From: Phoronis australis
Lineage: Eukaryota > Animalia > Phoronida
DNA length: 64,000 nucleotides
NCBI GenBank assembly: GCA_002633005.1
Contig: NMRA01000346.1
Location: 52,443 to 116,442, forward strand
Reading direction: 5' to 3'
Shown here: positions 62,446-64,000 of the stretch, piece by piece
Position numbering within the stretch: the first letter of the stretch is position 1
Layout: every line of letters starts with the position of its first letter
Program-made: the position numbers and the translations under genes
The notes under the pieces: model-generated
What the model was told of the DNA's origin: nothing
Databases searched by the model: none
The model's input: the letters and a program-made list of their open reading frames with translations, nothing else

Positions 62446-62774
62446 TAACTTTCTGTATTACATCCAATTTCAACACTATCTTATATCTCAGTACTAGACC
62501 CATTGTGTCCATTGTAACATGTGTGAACTTGAAAATCGAGTGTCCAAGAGGGCTAGGGTACTATTCATGTCGAGTACTGCTTTAAGTTTTGGTTCAAAGA
62601 CATAATGCGTTGTGAGCCACTGGTCGTTTTTATGCTTTTCTATTTTTAGTTGATAACGCATGTTTTATATTCATTGTCTTTATTTCGTGCAACTCAGCGT
62701 TTGTTAGCAGATTTTTAAGTCATTGACTGCATAAAAAACATCAAACCATGACAAATTGTTAATGATTTACTTAC

Positions 62775-62981
62775 TGTCTGTCATTAGATATGGCAATCCC
62801 ATTGGGCATGTAGAAGCCACCAGCAGCCTCTGATGTGATGGCACTGCCACCATCATAGTGTATTACATTCCCAAATGGCAGCATGAGTAATAGATGGAGC
62901 TGGCGGTACAGCATGTTCGTCACGCCAAAAAAGTTGGTCGCAAAGAATGAATTGCTACTTGTTGCCACGACACTGTTCAAG
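62775..62981 (-). CDS. PON: Paraoxonase/arylesterase-like, internal exon (5' exons not identified in the window)
   Basis: ttttcacag / gtaagt boundaries. LNSVVATSSNSFFATNFF...GNVIHYDG...GGFYMPNGIAISNDR aligns to PON1 LNDIVAVGPEHFYGTNDH...GFDFANGINISPD. Confidence 0.9.
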
Positions 62982-64000
62982 CTGTGAAAAAGAAAATAAT
63001 CATTGAAAAACTTTATACACCAAAGAAAACTTTGAAAAATTTAAAGTTGAAAAGAACAACGTTAATTCAACAAATATTGTCAGCATGCCAAAACATGAAA
63101 TCAAAAGATGCAGGTTACATTTGCGACCTGAAATTTGAAAATGCAAGATGAGATTTAGCCCAATTCACATTCATGGCATGTGTGGCACTTGGGAGCTCCA
63201 AAGCCAAGTTTTTTACACTTCCCTGTACAACCAACAACACTACAGACAACACTGTGAATCCCAGAATAGCTTTCAGTCACCAGTTGATACATGAAAGAAC
63301 ACTGTCACACAAAAAACTACTTTTTTAGTCCATAAAAATTTCGCAAACTGGATCCTGCGAGCGTGACCTGGATTTTAGAAAACCCACCTGTAATATTGGC
63401 CAGACCAAACACGATTGCGTGCCAATTTTCATACAGTGAAAGGTTGAAAATCAACACAGTTATCTATATTACCCGTGAAATCTTGCTTAATATTGAAAAA
63501 TCTTTGTCCAGGTCAAACCCTGCACACAATCACCTGGTGAAAGCTGAATGTTGTACAGTCTCCCTGTGATACAGCTGCTTCTCTTGCAAATCTAAATCAA
63601 ATATCTCCATCGTGTCACCACCAGGTGGGTGATTTACAACAAACAAGGTTATTGACCCTGGAATAAAAAACGAACATAGACCTTTGTGATTGAGTAGTTG
63701 GTGGGCAGAGGTCAGTGTTCATGAATGAGGATTGAATGCAGTGAGATTTCACAGCATGCCATAAAACTACTAGTTGTGCATTGGGATATTCAAATAATTC
63801 AAACAAAAGTGTCCAACCTCTCAAAATATCCCTGAATGAAGAAAGTTGTTTCTGCCCGTCAACTTTGCCTATCTTGTACACCAAAATTTGAGGCGTACTG
63901 TTTGAGTCACAGCGAAGTGTTTGAATCAAGCTGTTAGTAATGTTCGAGTCAAGGTGTAGTGTTTGAGTCAAGGTGTAGTGTTTGAGTCACAGCGAAGTGT

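Overview
AT-rich, intron- and repeat-rich animal genomic DNA, most likely a lophotrochozoan such as a mollusc (inferred from a very close squid-DFPase-like gene). Four single N characters (12431, 27526, 29418, 60101) probably mark collapsed assembly gaps. Three spliced host genes lie on the minus strand: a partial GH3-domain gene (GHDC, exons 4826-6036 and 2435-2562), a complete three-exon DFPase-like gene (44786 to 36302) and the last four exons of a paraoxonase-like gene (62981 to 52951). The main discovery is a ~13.9-kb Mutator-like (MULE) DNA transposon at 13365-27242, bounded by ~68-bp terminal inverted repeats (TIRs). It encodes a disrupted ~1800-aa transposase with an unusual domain order: Ulp1/C48-like protease, WRKY/GCM1-like domain split by a GATA-like finger, DDE core, SWIM, two C2H2 fingers and a PHD finger. 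Upstream of this it carries a multi-exon SGNH/GDSL hydrolase gene that only appears after splicing, plus a small tRNA-like cassette. A second copy of the right end with a different flank follows the gap (27527-28939). The rest of the window holds MITEs, LINE, hAT and THAP/Kolobok remnants and many minisatellites. All calls come from reading the sequence by eye; no searches were run.
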